From Paraspadella gotoi (lineage: Eukaryota > Animalia > Chaetognatha), in assembly GCA_051294375.1 (NCBI GenBank), contig CM119268.1:11967585-12031584 (forward strand): a stretch of DNA of 64,000 bases. Direction: 5' to 3'. The position numbers and the translations under genes were made by a program. Positions 38,801 to 59,705 of this stretch are shown here, in pieces; the first letter of the stretch is position 1, and each line of letters starts with the position of its first letter. The notes beneath the pieces were generated by a model, which was not told the origin of the DNA, did not search any database, and saw nothing but the letters and a program-made list of their open reading frames with translations.

Positions 38801-40579
38801 TTTACTGTTTGCTACATGAAAAACTGATTCTAGGGAAAATATCGTTTCGCTCATTCAGTAATTCGGTCATACAGTATTTAAGTTGTACAATATTTCAATA
38901 AAAGTTTTTTTTATTATTTCATTTTATTTATACAACAAATCTTCATTCAAAGGGATTTTATGTGCAAACTCCTGAATTGATGTAACTCTTTCCTGAGAGC
39001 ACGAATCCTTGGGTTTATTCTTTGATTGAATGAATGTTGATTCAGTGTGAGATATTTGTTATAGATATTTGACTTTTTACTTTTTATGGACATTAAATAT
39101 TATGTTAGATTTAATTTAAGCGTTAAAATCATTCACTATTACTTACATTAAATTTTCCTTGTTATATCTCAAATGAACCGAAACCACAAATTCAATCAAA
39201 CAATATTTTAAATGAATTATTGTTGTATAAAAAATAACCTTAAAAAGAGATGAACAGTTCTTATTTTGAATAAATCTACTCCGAATAAATAAGAGTCTTT
39301 GTAAGGTTATTTTTTATGGCAGTAATCACATGCAACACATCTTTTTGATGATATTTAACTAAAACATGTCACTCACAACAATGAAATAGATAATTTTTTC
39401 ATAGAGAAAAAAATGGTGAACATTGATTTTGGTATAGGATAAGAAGAAACGGAAAAGGATGAAAAACTGAGAAAAAAAGGCAGGCATATTAGAATCTCAC
39501 AGTTTTACTCTATAAAAATAAAGAATTACTAAATGTATTTAATGCAGTTTTTTTTTTTTTTAGTTTCAAGGAAAGAGAGCTATCAATTATTTTTTAGATG
39601 CTTCCATCAAGGAGGCCTTGGAAAAAGTGATGAACAACGATTAAAACTAAATATATCAAAATGCAATAATGGACAAATTTGGCCGATAATTTTTTTTGTT
39701 TGTTTGTAATCAAAATAGTTTTGAATGATAATTGACGTTTTATAGTTATAATATTATAATCAATAATCGTTTTTGGGAGAGCGAGTGAGAGTGATAGAGA
39801 GAGAGAAAGAGATTTAGAGAGAGAGAGAGAGAGCGAGAGAAAGATAGAGAGAGAGAGAGAACTGCTCCACGGAGCAGACAATGGCGCCTTCTGCGCGTTG
39901 ATGTATCTCTTTGTGACGTAAACACTGTTGTTTTTAATTGTGGCGCGAAATCTCACATTCGCGATGTTGCAGCATCAGAAAGCCACGGGAAAAAACGGTG
40001 TGTGAGTTGGGGAGAAGGGGGGAAATGGGGGCGAGGGGGGGTGCCACGTCACAACCCACTGTTGCGCCATGCGGGCGATTCTCAGAATTTTACAGGCCAC
40101 AGCTGTTGTTTTTTTTTTGTTGTTGTAGATATCATTATCATTATCGTTACCGTTGTTGCTTTAGTTTTTAGATTGATATTTTACGAGAAAAAAAATTATT
40201 TTATAATTTGACGGAACAAAAAAAGGAAAGAAATTAAAAAGGAAAAATGGCAATAATTAATGACGGTAGTATCATCGTTTTTTTCTCGGGCATGATTTTG
40301 TAATGAAGTAAAAGGATTATTCTGAGCAATAAAAATGATCATCTCATTTTGACACGGTTCATGATAGAATGGCACTTGGATGAATCGATGGAGAAAGGGC
40401 GGGTTTATCAGGCTTTGTCCGTGAACTTGACAACAAATATTAAAACGTTCCACGTTAAAATATCGTATTTGCCAAAAATTCCGAACTGAAAATATATAGG
40501 CTTTTTGTAGTTTTGTGTTGTAATTTTTTTTCATAATATTTTTTTATGTATAAATGTAGCATGAGCACTTGGTTATGTT
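24429..40579 (+). repeat. Large duplication copy B (~16.1 kb)
   Basis: Begins right after a 25-N gap and matches ~5680-6392 then 7632-23402. The match ends at tagcatgagcacttgg(t)tatgtt. Confidence 0.95.
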
Positions 40580-41731
40580 CATCTAGGACATAAGCGAATG
40601 TCACGCTCAGAATCGATTTTTTTTTGTTGGAGGATTTTTTTATGTTGTGTTTCTGTAATGATTACAAATAAAATTTATAGTCAGATGTATAACAAATGAA
40701 AGAAAAACGGACTGGAGGTGTTTAATTTCTTTTTTAGAAAAGAAAATTCGTTCTTTTCCTTTTCAGCTCATTTAATGGCCGAAAGAAAATAACGAACTTA
40801 TTCAATTATTTTTTTCAAATGTAAAAAAAAGTAAAAATTGGCGGCGGAGTTATTGGCTACAATATGGATGAGACTGGTCCCCCTACTACTGGCTTAGCTA
40901 AAAGATTCGTATTAAAATAATATAAATTAATATACGTTTTCTATAGTTTTTTTTTTTTTGAGCCGTAATATCGTGTTCATAATAAAAAAATTCTGATTGA
41001 TATAAAACCGTTTAAAGTTCTATATAAAAGAAAATAACTCTTGGAGTCACGGAGAATAATATATCGTTTTAAATTGAAAGTTTTCTAGTAAAAACAGATA
41101 AGAGAGCGAAAAAATTGAGCACAGGGTATTCGTAACAACGTTGCGCTTATTGCTTTGAAAGCTAAGGTTAGTAAACTGGTGTTTAAAACCCGTGTTGACT
41201 CTTTAAGAGGAAAGATAAATCCCGTTTTATTCCCGAATGATTAAAAAGAAAGAACCTGATTGCAACGCGACAGTTTGCGCACAACTATCAAAACGGCGGC
41301 TACTGACCTGGCAACGTTCATTCTGTCAGGGAGAGCGTCTCAAAATCGAATTTTAAGCATCAAAACTCAAAAACGAAATAAACTTACCACAGATACAGCG
41401 TAGGAACAACCGAACCGGACACTTGTTCGTTTAATCTAAGATTAAAACAATGTGTAGTGTGCCATTTTAACATAGAAAAAAAATATGAAACGGGGCTGCT
41501 AAGTCTGCAATTTTTCATGGGGTTTTTTGACTGAAAAAGGGTGGGAGCGAGTAAAAAGTAAAGATAAAATGAGTCGTTCATGATTAGGCTACCGGCTGAT
41601 GGTTTTTTGACACATTTTAGGGATATTAATTTATATTAAATAATCAAATGGCACGTGTTTTCTTAGGGCTAATAATCATAATATTAATGGCAAAAATAAT
41701 AAAGATAATAAAGATAATAATACTAATAAAC

Positions 41732-41737
41732 TTTATT
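41732..41737 (-). terminator. Candidate polyadenylation signal (AATAAA) of the BCL11-like gene
   Basis: tttatt on the + strand about 125 nt downstream of the stop codon. The context is AT-rich, so a chance match is possible. Confidence 0.35.
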
Positions 41738-41859
41738 TAATCATTTCGATCCCGCCCCCCTCTCTCCAGAGGAGAGGCGTTTTTAATTCGTAGCTTTTTT
41801 TATTTTTTTATTTTTCGTGGCCGAGGAAGCTGCGTGGGTTTTTCGTTGTCTATTTGTTT

Positions 41860-48461
<6,602 letters not shown>

Positions 48462-49065
48462 TTTTTGATTCTTGTGTAATGACTAGCGAAAATGTGTTTT
48501 CTTGTTTCAATTTGTTGTTTCGTTTCGGTTTTGTTTAGTTGTTTTTTTTTGTTCGGAACCCTCTCCCCCCCAAGGCGGACAGTTCGTCCGCCTGGAATCA
48601 GCGGACTTCACCCTCCTCTTGGCTTCCCTCTCATTCTGACGCAATTGCACGCCTGATCTGGCGCTCGATGGGCGACCGATTGGCGCCTGGATGACTTGGC
48701 CCGCTTGCCCTCTCTTTCTCTTTCTCGTTCGACGCCGGAAGAAGAGAGAGACAGAGTGGAATCGATGGCGAGAAAAAACGATTCGATCTCGACTCGGCAC
48801 AACTTTTTGCCGAACTCGCCGCGAGCCTGGGCCGAACTTTGCGGAACCGGGCGAAATCTCGACGAGAAGCCGTTTTTCTCACGCGGACAAGAATTGCAAA
48901 TGAATGTAAATCTAAAGGACATTAGAAAAGCCGCCGCTCGATCCTCCAAAACTGAGCAAAGTCAAAAAAGTTTTTCTCTCTCTTTTTCCCGTATTTTTTT
49001 TATCATTTGTTGCTTTTGTTTCGTTTTTAAGGAGATTTGTGGTTTCAATGTTTTTTTCTTGAATG

Positions 49066-49170
<105 letters not shown>

Positions 49171-49500
49171 TGCTTTCACTCTGCAATATTTGATTTTTTC
49201 AGATATGCTATGGTTTCTCGTGTCGCCAGTGATAGATTAAATTTATTTAAATAATTTCATTTTTTTTTCTTAATCGGTTGAAATGGTTTTCATATCATTT
49301 TTTGACTAGAGGAGAAAAAGGGGCCGAGAGTCGTGAAAGAATCTTCCTTTTTCTGGTCGTGAAAAAGTGAAAGGATTCGTCTTTTTTTAAGTGAAAAGTG
49401 CGAAACCCTTTTTTTTCCGCTACTCTAATTCGTCGAACGCGACAACGACAAAGTTTTTTTTTTTTTCGTCTCCGAAGCCAAAAAGTGATTCGCCCCGGGG

Positions 49501-49531
<31 letters not shown>

Positions 49532-50500
49532 CGCGTCGTCGTGGATCGAAAGACTAGGAGATGATTATGAGGGTTAATGGATCAGATTCATCATCTGTGG
49601 CAAAAAAAAAGGGTTTTTTTTTCTAACCCAGACTTTTGTGTGTGAGAATGTGTGTGGCTTTTTGTTTTTCTTGGAGATGGAATTTTGTTTTGTTTTGATG
49701 GAACCAAGGTTGTTTTTTGGGTTTTTTTTTTAGGGGGATGAATGGAACCACGAGGTTGAAACGTGAATTCCTCCTTTAAGCTGCAACGAGATCGCGAAAT
49801 GTGAGATTGGCGACAGTGAAGAAATAGAGAGACCGGAAAGTCTTTCCAAGTTCATCGCTCCAAAGTTTTTTAATTTTTTTTTTGTCAGTAAAAGTTTAGG
49901 TTTTAGTTACGATACAAATTATGGAGGTAAGACGCATCAGGCAGTTGTTTTATTTTGTTTTTGTTTTTTTTATTTTTTTATTTAGAACATCACAAAAGTT
50001 AATAAATATTTTGTTAAAAATTCGTCGTTATTGTTCTAGACTAGGCGAGAAAAAAAAATTGAAAAACGACGAAAAAGGTTTAAAAGTCTTTTTTTTTTCA
50101 TTCATAGGGAAAAAAAAGTTTTTCTTTTGTTTCTTTAGTTAAAAAAAAAGTTTTACTTGGCTGCTTTTCTTTCTTTTCTTTCTCGGATTTTATTATTATT
50201 TTTTTTGGGACCCGTATTCACGCCGTGGCGCGTCTAAGACGTTATAGCGTTGACGCGGGGGCCTTCGTCTTGGACGTCAGGGGCGAGGGAGAGCGTTCCT
50301 CTTCCTCCTCCTCCTCCTCCTCCTCCGTCTCGTCTCGTCACGTCGTCGTCTTCGTCGTCGTCGTCGTCCTCATACTCGGCGGCGTCATGGAACCAAAAGG
50401 ACCAAACGGATGGAATCGTCTCTCAGAATCTCCCATCTTCGTCGTCCCGACTTCGCCTCCCGTCGGTCGTCGTTGTCCACGGCGGAGGAGAAGAGAGAGA

Positions 50501-50543
<43 letters not shown>

Positions 50544-50739
50544 AAAGAGAGAGAGAGAGAGAGAGAGAGATTGAGACGACCTCCAATTCGGGAAACCGAA
50601 TTTTCCGAATATTCGGGAGAGGAGGAGGTGAGGAGGAGGAGAAGGGCCAAGGGAGGAAGGTAGTTAAAAGGAGAAAAAGGCGGGGAAGAAAGAATCAAGA
50701 GGATGGATAGAAGGATTTGAAGTAGAATGGAAAAAAGCT

Positions 50740-51300
50740 AGAGATAAAAGAGGAAGAGGGTGGAAGGAAGAAATAAGTAAGAGAAAGGATAAGAAAGTTA
50801 AATTGGGAAGGAAGGGGGGAAAGGAAAAAAATAGAGATAAAAGAGGGAAGAGGGTGAAGGAAGAAATACTTAAGAGAAAGGATAAGAAAGTTTAATTGGG
50901 AAGGAAAGGGAGAAAGGAAAAAAAGATAGAGATAAAAGAGGAAGAGGGTGGAAAGGAAGAAATAAGTAAGAGAAAGGATAAGGAAAGTTAAATTGGGAAG
51001 GAAAGGAGAAAGGAAAAAAGATAGAAGATATAAAGAGGAAGAGGTGGAAGGAAGAAATAACTTATAAGAAAGGATAAGATTTAATTGTGGAAGGAAAGGG
51101 CGAAAGGAAAAATAAAGATAAAAAGATAAAAGAGGAAGAGGGTGGAAGGAAGAAATACTTAAGAGAAAGGATAAGAAAGTTTAATTGGGAAGAAAAGGGA
51201 GAAAGGAAAAAAAGATAGAGATAAAAGAGGAAGAGGGTGGAAGGAAGAAATAAGTAAGAGAAAGGATAAGAAAGTTAAATTGGGAAGGAAAGGGAGGAAA
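50740..51300 (+). repeat. Purine-rich minisatellite, ~93-99 bp unit, ~6 copies
   Basis: The unit agataaaagaggaagagggtggaaggaagaaataagtaagagaaaggataagaaagttaaattgggaagg... recurs at about 50740, 50833, 50927, 51025, 51124 and 51217. Confidence 0.9.
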
Positions 51301-51809
51301 TAAGAAATAGGGAAGAATAAAAAGAAAGGATGAAATAAAGAGAGGAAAAGAAGAAAAAGGGGAGAAAGGTAAAAGACTGTCTTGAACAAAAAAGGTTTGG
51401 TCTTTTTTTATGGTGAAATCGTGAAGAGAGGAAATGGGAGTGAAAATGTTACACAGGAGTTTTGGTTGTCGGACGTCGATCCTATGGTCACCCAGTTTTT
51501 ATATTGTTTTTAAATGTATTTTTGAAGTTTAAGATGAAGGTATTGATGAATAAATAAATAAATAAGTTATTTACGTTGAAGTCAGTTTTGCAAATAGATC
51601 ACTTGACCGCAAAAAATGAATGAAAACATCGCGGTAAGGCGAAGGTGTAAGGTAAGGGCGTACTGCAAACGTCAATTGAGGAAATAAAGGTAAGTTCCAC
51701 TGAATAGATATTATTAAAAAAATTGAACCTTTCGTTAAACGGAGATAAGAATAACTTATAAAGTTATAGTTTACGACAAAAGAAGGATACAACAATAACT
51801 CACTCAGAG

Positions 51810-51845
<36 letters not shown>

Positions 51846-52027
51846 TTCTCTCTTCTCCTCGTTTTCTTTCTCTCTCCACTTTTCCATCCCTGTCCTTATG
51901 CCCACAACATGTGATTTCTTTCCATGAAAAGCGAGAGCAAAAATAAAGGCCGAGGGAAAAAATTCCAATTTTTTTTCACTCTTTCTTTTTTTTATGTGAG
52001 AGAGAGAGACAGAGACACTAAGAAGAA

Positions 52028-52109
<82 letters not shown>

Positions 52110-52684
52110 GTGTTGTTGAATGAGATGACGGTTGCGCGAAAGTCGAAGATGAGGAGGATGAATCGTACGTTTATTCAACGAGAGGAGGAAGAGCAACGAG
52201 TATCTGTCATTATCGATGGAAAGAAGAGAGAGAGAAAAAAAATTTAAAAATAAAAAAAATGAAAAAAATGGCAAAAAAAAGTCAGTAGGAACAGAACCAA
52301 TGATAACGGAAAAAACTGATAATTTTTTTTTTATAAAAAACTCTAGAACAAAAAGAATAGTATTAATAGTGAAAAAAGAGATAAGAGAAAAGGATAATAT
52401 AAACCGTAATACGGAAACGAAAAAAAAAAATAAAAGGTATAAAAATATTTGATTCAGTTAATCTGTCAGTTGACAAATGAATCTTTAAGAGAAAAAGCAC
52501 CTAATAAATCATCATGTAATATATACGTATTGTTGAAGGAATATACAGAAAAAATGAAAGAGAAAATGGGAGAGATATAAAAAATAAAAAAGACAGAATA
52601 AAAGAAATAAAGATCGACAAGTAAAAATAATTCAAGAAAAATAACAGAACTAGTGAAAAAAAAAAGAAAATATGAAAAAATGAA

Positions 52685-52695
52685 AGAAAGAAAGT

Positions 52696-52770
<75 letters not shown>

Positions 52771-52820
52771 GAAAAGAAAAGAAAAGAAAAGAAAAGAAAA
52801 GAAAAGAAAAGAAAAGAAAG
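52685..52820 (+). repeat. Compound (AAAG)n/(AAAAG)n microsatellite
   Basis: Direct observation. Confidence 0.95.
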
Positions 52821-53121
52821 GCCGGCTGAATTCTTGTGCCCGACTCTATGAAGAGGAAATCGCCGGCCGGGATTTTTTCTCTATGGTGAACAATTTTTTT
52901 TTTTTATGGTAAAGATTTTTTTTTCCTCAGATGCTAAAAGAGAGAGAGAGCGACTTGAAAAGATTTTTTTACTCGACTCCTTGTCTTTACTATCGCCGGA
53001 CTTCATAGACCAGGGATTGCGGATAAACCCTCGTTGGTTGATGCTAGATGCGTTTAGATTTCTAAGATGATTCGGGCCCACGAGACTAAAAATGAGACGA
53101 TTGCTCCCGGATACTGAGAAG

Positions 53122-53205
53122 TATGTAGTATGATGACTGATTAAAAATTATGTAGTTTGATTACTGATTAAACATTATGTAGTTTGATGACTGATTAAAC
53201 ATTAT
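53122..53205 (+). repeat. 27-bp tandem repeat x3 (tatgtagtttgatgactgattaaacat)
   Basis: Three near-identical consecutive units. Confidence 0.9.
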
Positions 53206-53602
53206 TCCTCCCAAGATTCAAAGTTAGATGTGACATTTACTTTTTTGTTTCTCGTGATTTGAAATTTGAAAATGAGTGGATAATGACGAGGAGACATTGA
53301 TGACGACAATAACAACAACAACGATGACGACGACGACGACGACGACGAAGAGCGCTCAAGGGTTTTCCAACGTTAACCCCTACTCGCGCGAATCGAGGGC
53401 GGGTCACAAAAAAGAAAAAAAAAGGGTTAAACGGCGCCATTTTTTTCATTCTTCGCCGCTTAATTCATGAATGAAGGAGAACGAGGATTTCCCCCGGCAG
53501 ACGTTACGAGGCGGAGACTCGAGACTTGAATTCTACCCTCGAGACGAACCGACGTAAAATCGCGTCTCGTGGCGTAAATAACAACTACGAGTCTGATCTC
53601 GA

Positions 53603-53726
<124 letters not shown>

Positions 53727-55247
53727 CCTCTCTTTTCATGGAGTAGCATATGTTTTTGAAGTAAGAGGAGTTTATCCATGAGTTATCTGTGCGAACCGAG
53801 CGAGAGAGATAAAGAATAAAAAAACTCCTCTCACATCAAAGTGAAAAATGTAGGAGATGAAAAAGAAATAAAGTTAAAAAGTTCTTTATGAAATAGTAGT
53901 CTCCCATTTTTATTCAACTCCACCAACTTGAGTAATATTTTTTTTAGTTCTCCCAGTCTTATTAACCCAACTCGGCATTCAACGCCATTCCAATTTTACC
54001 CAATAAGGTTTCATTTTCACCCAACTTTTCCCGACTGAGGTACTAATCGTTCCCTTTCCTCAACCCCGACCGACCCGAACCATCCCCAATTCCCAATCCC
54101 CCCCCCTTTCCCCAACCGCCCCTTCCCCTTCCCAGACTCACCCCCGCCGAAAAGTGCGAGAGGGGCGATCGTAAACTTGTGAATATGGCGTGGGGCTAAT
54201 TGGGAGAGGGAGGGTCGGAACCGCTTAAACTGGCTTCATGAGAGCACGAGGTGATGCTTGCCTAAGCAACTTGCCCGCTTGTTTGTCTTCGACGAGGACG
54301 AGGGGGAAAAAGCTTGTTCAAGTCCCTCTTTTTTTGTTTTCTCTATTGAGGATTATTCTACGAATTCGTATGGTCTCACTTTAAAACATTCGATGTCCGA
54401 TCATAACCATAACTAGTTTTTATTCAAATTTTGGTTTTGTTTCTCCGACGAAAAAAACTCGGATTGCATGAATTTAGAAGACAAGATTTGAAAAAAAAGG
54501 AATTCTTGTTTTCTTGCGAAAACCTTTTGTTCATGATGGGACGTTTTAAGCGTCGTAAAGACGAAAAATTACTCGAGCGAAAACGAGGATCGTACGCAAC
54601 TATACGCACCGTACGCATAGATCGCGTGACGTATCGTACGCATCGAACCCAATTTTCGTTAACGACAGGGGGAAAAAATATTGATAAGCTGCCTTGAATG
54701 TTTTATTTCGTTATCGAAATTTGTCCGACTTAAATATTTTATTTAAAAAAAAAGACAAAAAGCTCTCTTGTCAGATTTTTTAAAATTTTCAGTTTTGTGA
54801 AAACTTTTGGGAAAAAAGATAATGTTTTTGTTGTTACAATCTCGCTTTGTTTTTAGATTAGTTTTGTTCGAAAATCGGGTTTTTATTTTTTTTTGTTCTA
54901 AACTATGCTTAAAAAAAACCAAAAAAAACCCCCTTAATTTCGCCTAAATATTGTTTTGCTTATATCTTAATACAATGCTCCGTTTTTTTTAGTTTTAAAA
55001 AATGAATAAAATAAAAATGGAGAGAAGGCTTAGTTCGAAAAGGCAACTGACGACGATTTCGTTTTAATTCTCATCGAGAAACGATTATCACGACCAACTG
55101 ATTTACGCGATGACTCATTTCGGTCAACCAGTCAAATGGAAATTTTAACTCCTCAGAATTTTTTGTTCGAGAAAATTTTTCGTTGGGGGAGAAGATCATG
55201 ATAACTTGACCAAACTTTTTTTTTCCTTTTGTCCCGCGCAGATCTTT

Positions 55248-55279
<32 letters not shown>

Positions 55280-56866
55280 CTCTCTCTGTGTCACGCGATG
55301 GGTCGAAATTTTTAAAGGCCAACCCGCGCTCTCAAAAACTCGGCCTTCGTTGGACTTTTCATTACATGGTTTTGAAAAAAAAAAAACAACTACGGAGTCA
55401 TAACCGTCACAATCGTGACAGTGACCGTCTTCGCCGTTTTTGTCATCCTCGTTAATGTCCCCATCAATGTCTCGAAATATTCCTCTTCTGCAGTTACATT
55501 CGCTTTCTCGAGTTTTGAGTCCTCGTGTTCAATTTTCATTTTTTGGCGCCAAGCATTCAAACCTCGTTTCAGAGGTTGCCACACTTGGTGACTCTCTCAC
55601 TTTAATTCTCTACCTTTACCCTCCGAATTTCGCCTCACCCTTTCCTCTTCTAATCAAGGAAAATGACACCCATCGCTTTCATCTCTCTCTCATAATTCCT
55701 TTCCTCCCTGTAACCCCAAGTAACCTCACCCAATTTCGTTTTCCCGCCAACCGAAAAATAACCTACCCCATAATATTTTTCTCCTTCTACCCCCCACCGC
55801 ATAATTTCGTCTTCATCGTAGATTCATCGCGTCAAAACATGAACTTCCTCTTCCCGCCTAATAACAACAACAACAACCATATTCGCCGTTGTCACTCTCG
55901 ATACACCTCGACCACAACCCCCCCACAATGGACACCACAAACCCTCCACAAAACCTTTAAGTAGGTGGACGGGAGTAATCATAACCAAATTCTCTTCATT
56001 TTGCTTTAACCTTTTGTCGGCGAGAGGGAGGGGGGGAGGGCGTGGGGGGCTGGATGCTGGAGGCGGCTGCGGCGGCGGTTGCGGTTGCAGTGCGAAGAAT
56101 CTCAAAATGGAATATGATGAATTTTTGGTCGATAATTAAAACGAGATGAAGGAAAGCGTCGATATCGTCTGCTTCGTGACCGACACTGTTTGTATTAAAG
56201 TCGAGTTTCGGATGGATCACAGGTATATTATGATTTCGAAAATAATAAAGTCAAATAGAAAAAAAGAAAGGCTGAGGAACGGGTCTATGAATGAATGAAA
56301 GAACGATTAAATGAATGCTTAAAAGAATGAAAAACGAATGAATGCTTCTAATGACTCAAAATAATAAATCTAAGAAAAATAAAAGACTTAATAAATTAAG
56401 AAGGAACTCACCAACTTTCCAATGAACTTGTAAACCTATCAGCTTTGATATCGCAAGTCAGTACCACAATTTAACCATTCTATTGTATTGAATAGTTCGC
56501 ATGAATGGAGAAATAGAAAATAATATTGGAAAAAAGGAAGGAAGAAAAAGGAGGAGTACAAGAAGATGAGGAGAAGGAAGAAGGAAAAGGAATAGAATGT
56601 CAAAGAGGAGGAGAATGATGAGGAGGAAAAGAAGAAGAGGAGGAGAAAAGGAAGAGAAAGGGGAGGAGGAAAAGAAGAGGAATAGGAGGAAGAAAAGAAG
56701 AGGAAGGGGAGGAGGAAAATAGGAGGAAGGGAAGGAGGAAAAGAAGAGGAAGAGGAGGAGGAAAAGAAGAGGAAGGGGAGGAGGAAAGGGGTTAAAGACC
56801 CGAAGATGGGTCAAAAGGCCACGACTCTCTGTCACAAATTTAACCCTGATGCACGCAGTGAAGAGC

Positions 56867-56900
<34 letters not shown>

Positions 56901-56901
56901 T

Positions 56902-56937
<36 letters not shown>

Positions 56938-57309
56938 TATAAAGACAGAGAAAGATAACGGAGAAAATGAGTAAAGAGGGATATGAAGACAGTAAGAGAA
57001 GAGAAAAGGAAAAATGTTCATACAAAAATGATTAATATTAAAGTAAATATCATCGAAGAATAAGAAAAGAATGAAAAAAGAAAAAAAAGAAAGAAAAAAA
57101 AAAGAAAAAGAAAAAGATAAAAAAAAATAACAGAAATAAAGATATAAAAACTAAAGAAAACAACATAAGTAAGACTTCATTACAAAGACAAACTACTCAA
57201 CAAGTGAACAAAGCGACGGAACGACAGAACAAATCAACGAAGGCGAGAGAACAAACCACCAAAGAAACATAAAAAACGCCTCCTCGTTTCTCCATTTTTT
57301 AATGGACGT

Positions 57310-57530
57310 CCGAGGAGAGGAAGGAAGGGAGGAAAGATGCCGGGGAGGAAAAGAGGAGGGGGAGGAAGGGAGACTCCGGGAGAAGAGAGGAGGGGGAAGG
57401 GAGCGAAAGATGCCGGGGAGAAAGAGAGGAGGGGGAGAAGGGAGGAAAGATGCGGGGAAAAAGAGAGGAAGGGAGGAAGGGAGAAAGATGCCGGGGAGGA
57501 AGAGAGAGGGTGAGGAAGAGAGGAAAGATG
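57310..57530 (+). repeat. Degenerate purine-rich tandem repeat with core AAGATGCCGGGGAG
   Basis: The core recurs about 4-5 times at roughly 35-40 bp spacing. Confidence 0.7.
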
Positions 57531-58025
57531 TTTTGAAAGAACGGCGAAGATAATCGAAAGGACTTGACCAGCGAAAATTCGTCATCGTTTGTTGAAGTTG
57601 TTGTCTTTGTGGAACTCATTTTTCCCCATTTCCCCCTTTCTCCCCTTCCCCTTTTCCCCCCTTTTCCCCTTCCCCGTTCCCCCTTTTCCCTTCCCCCTTT
57701 CCCCCTTAAGTACTGGTCGTTATTTTGCGAAGCGACGGAAAACGATTGTGCAAATAAAATACGAACCAGTTTGTCGACGTCGCGTTGGCGCTTGCTCTTG
57801 TCTCTGCGGTTATCGTCGTCATCGATGACGTTATTTTGACGTATCCGCTGTCGTCGTTGTTGTCGTCGTCGTGGTCCGTCGAAACGCGAAACGTCAAATA
57901 TCGGAACTTTTTTTTTCATCTTTCGTTCGCGAGAAAAAAATATATAGAAAAAAAAGACGCGAAGTCCGTTCGACGTTCCAGAAATCCAATGAGTTTCGGG
58001 GTCAGAATTAAAACCGCTCACTCTC

Positions 58026-58063
<38 letters not shown>

Positions 58064-58073
58064 CTCTCGTCTC

Positions 58074-58111
<38 letters not shown>

Positions 58112-58503
58112 CGGCGGAAGCCGGAGGCACGAGTTCGCGGAAAGAACGCGAATACAACAAAATTGTGGACAGCGGATCTTGAAGTGGTTAACCGCATGAG
58201 GAGGCTGAGGCGTTTAATGGCCGAAACAGGAAAAAAATAGAAGAGAGAGAGAGAGGAGAGAGAAGAGAGAGAGAGAGACGAGAGAGAGAGAGAGAAAGAA
58301 GAGAAAGATGGAGAGAAGGAAATGAGAGAGAGAGAGAGAGAAAGGAGGACGAGAGACGAGAGAGAAACGAGAGAGGAAGACGAGACGAGAGAGGAAGAGG
58401 ATAGAGAGAGGAGATGAGAGAGAGAGAGGTAGAGAGAGAGAGAGAGAGATACGAAAGATAGAGGATGAGAGAGTAGAGAACAGACGAAAGAGAGAAGAGA
58501 GAA

Positions 58504-58534
<31 letters not shown>

Positions 58535-59641
58535 TCGAGAGAGAGAGAGAAGAGAAGAAGAAGCAGAGGAGAGGTTAGAGAAAAGATGACACGAGGAGGA
58601 AGGGACAAACTATTGAAAAATTTCTGGAGGAAGTGAAAGGGGGACATGGGTTTCGGTGTGGGATTAGGAAAGTCTACGGATTGAAGGGTTAAGAATATCT
58701 GTATGAATATTATTTCGAGTAAGTTTACAATCAGATTTCGATAATTTTCTTTGGCGTCTACTGTCATCAATACTTCATCCTCGAAGTATTTAAATTTAAT
58801 GTCCGCTCATTCAATTCAATCTTTTCGAAAACAAATATCATACATGTATAAATTTTTGTCCAATAGACTACTACATTCACAAAACTTGGATGAATTTCGG
58901 CCTGAGTTCGTCAGAAATGGGGTGAGCGTCGAGGTTTTTTGGGGTAAGTTCCTGATTTTTTGGGGTAAGAAGGACTTGAGAAACTCAACCTCTTGGGCCT
59001 TCGTCAGCGGCGGCGGATGCGAGAGAGCGAGGGAAAAGGCCAAGGAAAAAAAAATTGGTAAAAGGGTTAAAACGAAGATTGAGAATATCTGACTGGACCC
59101 GAGAAATCGGGGGGGGGCGGTGGGGAGGGGTAGAGGGGGTAGAGGGGAAGGAAAGGGAAAGGAAAAGAGGGATGAATAGAGAAGTAAAAAAAAATGGAGA
59201 GAAGAGGAAAGATAAGAGAGAGGAGAAGAGAGTCCGAGGAAAAGGGTTGAAAGGGAAGGCGACAAATTCTTTGCGACGATGAGAGATTAAGAAAAACACG
59301 ACGATGAAGACGATGAAGACGATGAAGACGACGACGACGATGAAGACGACGAGGCCGATAAAAGTATACGCAATGATAAATACAGAGTTATACACTGAAG
59401 CTAAGATTCTTTTAGGCCGCACCAAAGGTAAACTTATTTACTCAGACAAACAATCGAAAAAAAAACAAAACAAAAACAGTCAAGATTAAATTTTCCGAAA
59501 CTGAGAATCGAAAGATAAAAAAAAAAAAAAAAAAGAGGGAAATCGTTGTAAAAAGACGAGGCCAGCGCCGCCGTCGGCGAGACGCCAAAGGGGCCGAGCG
59601 GGGAGGAAAACAAAAGGCGAAATGGAAAAACAAAGGTCAAG

Positions 59642-59705
<64 letters not shown>

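Noticed and set aside
56405-56490. Degenerate ZnF0-like reading (EWLNCGT...YKFIGKL) ending at a gtgagt donor
   Set aside because: It has in-frame stops and lacks the second Cys and the His/Cys ligands, so it cannot be supported as a coding exon.
57299-59425. Long minus-strand ORFs of 130-250 aa
   Set aside because: They are built from purine/pyrimidine low-complexity tracts and GAC/GAT trinucleotide runs, with no splice or homology support.
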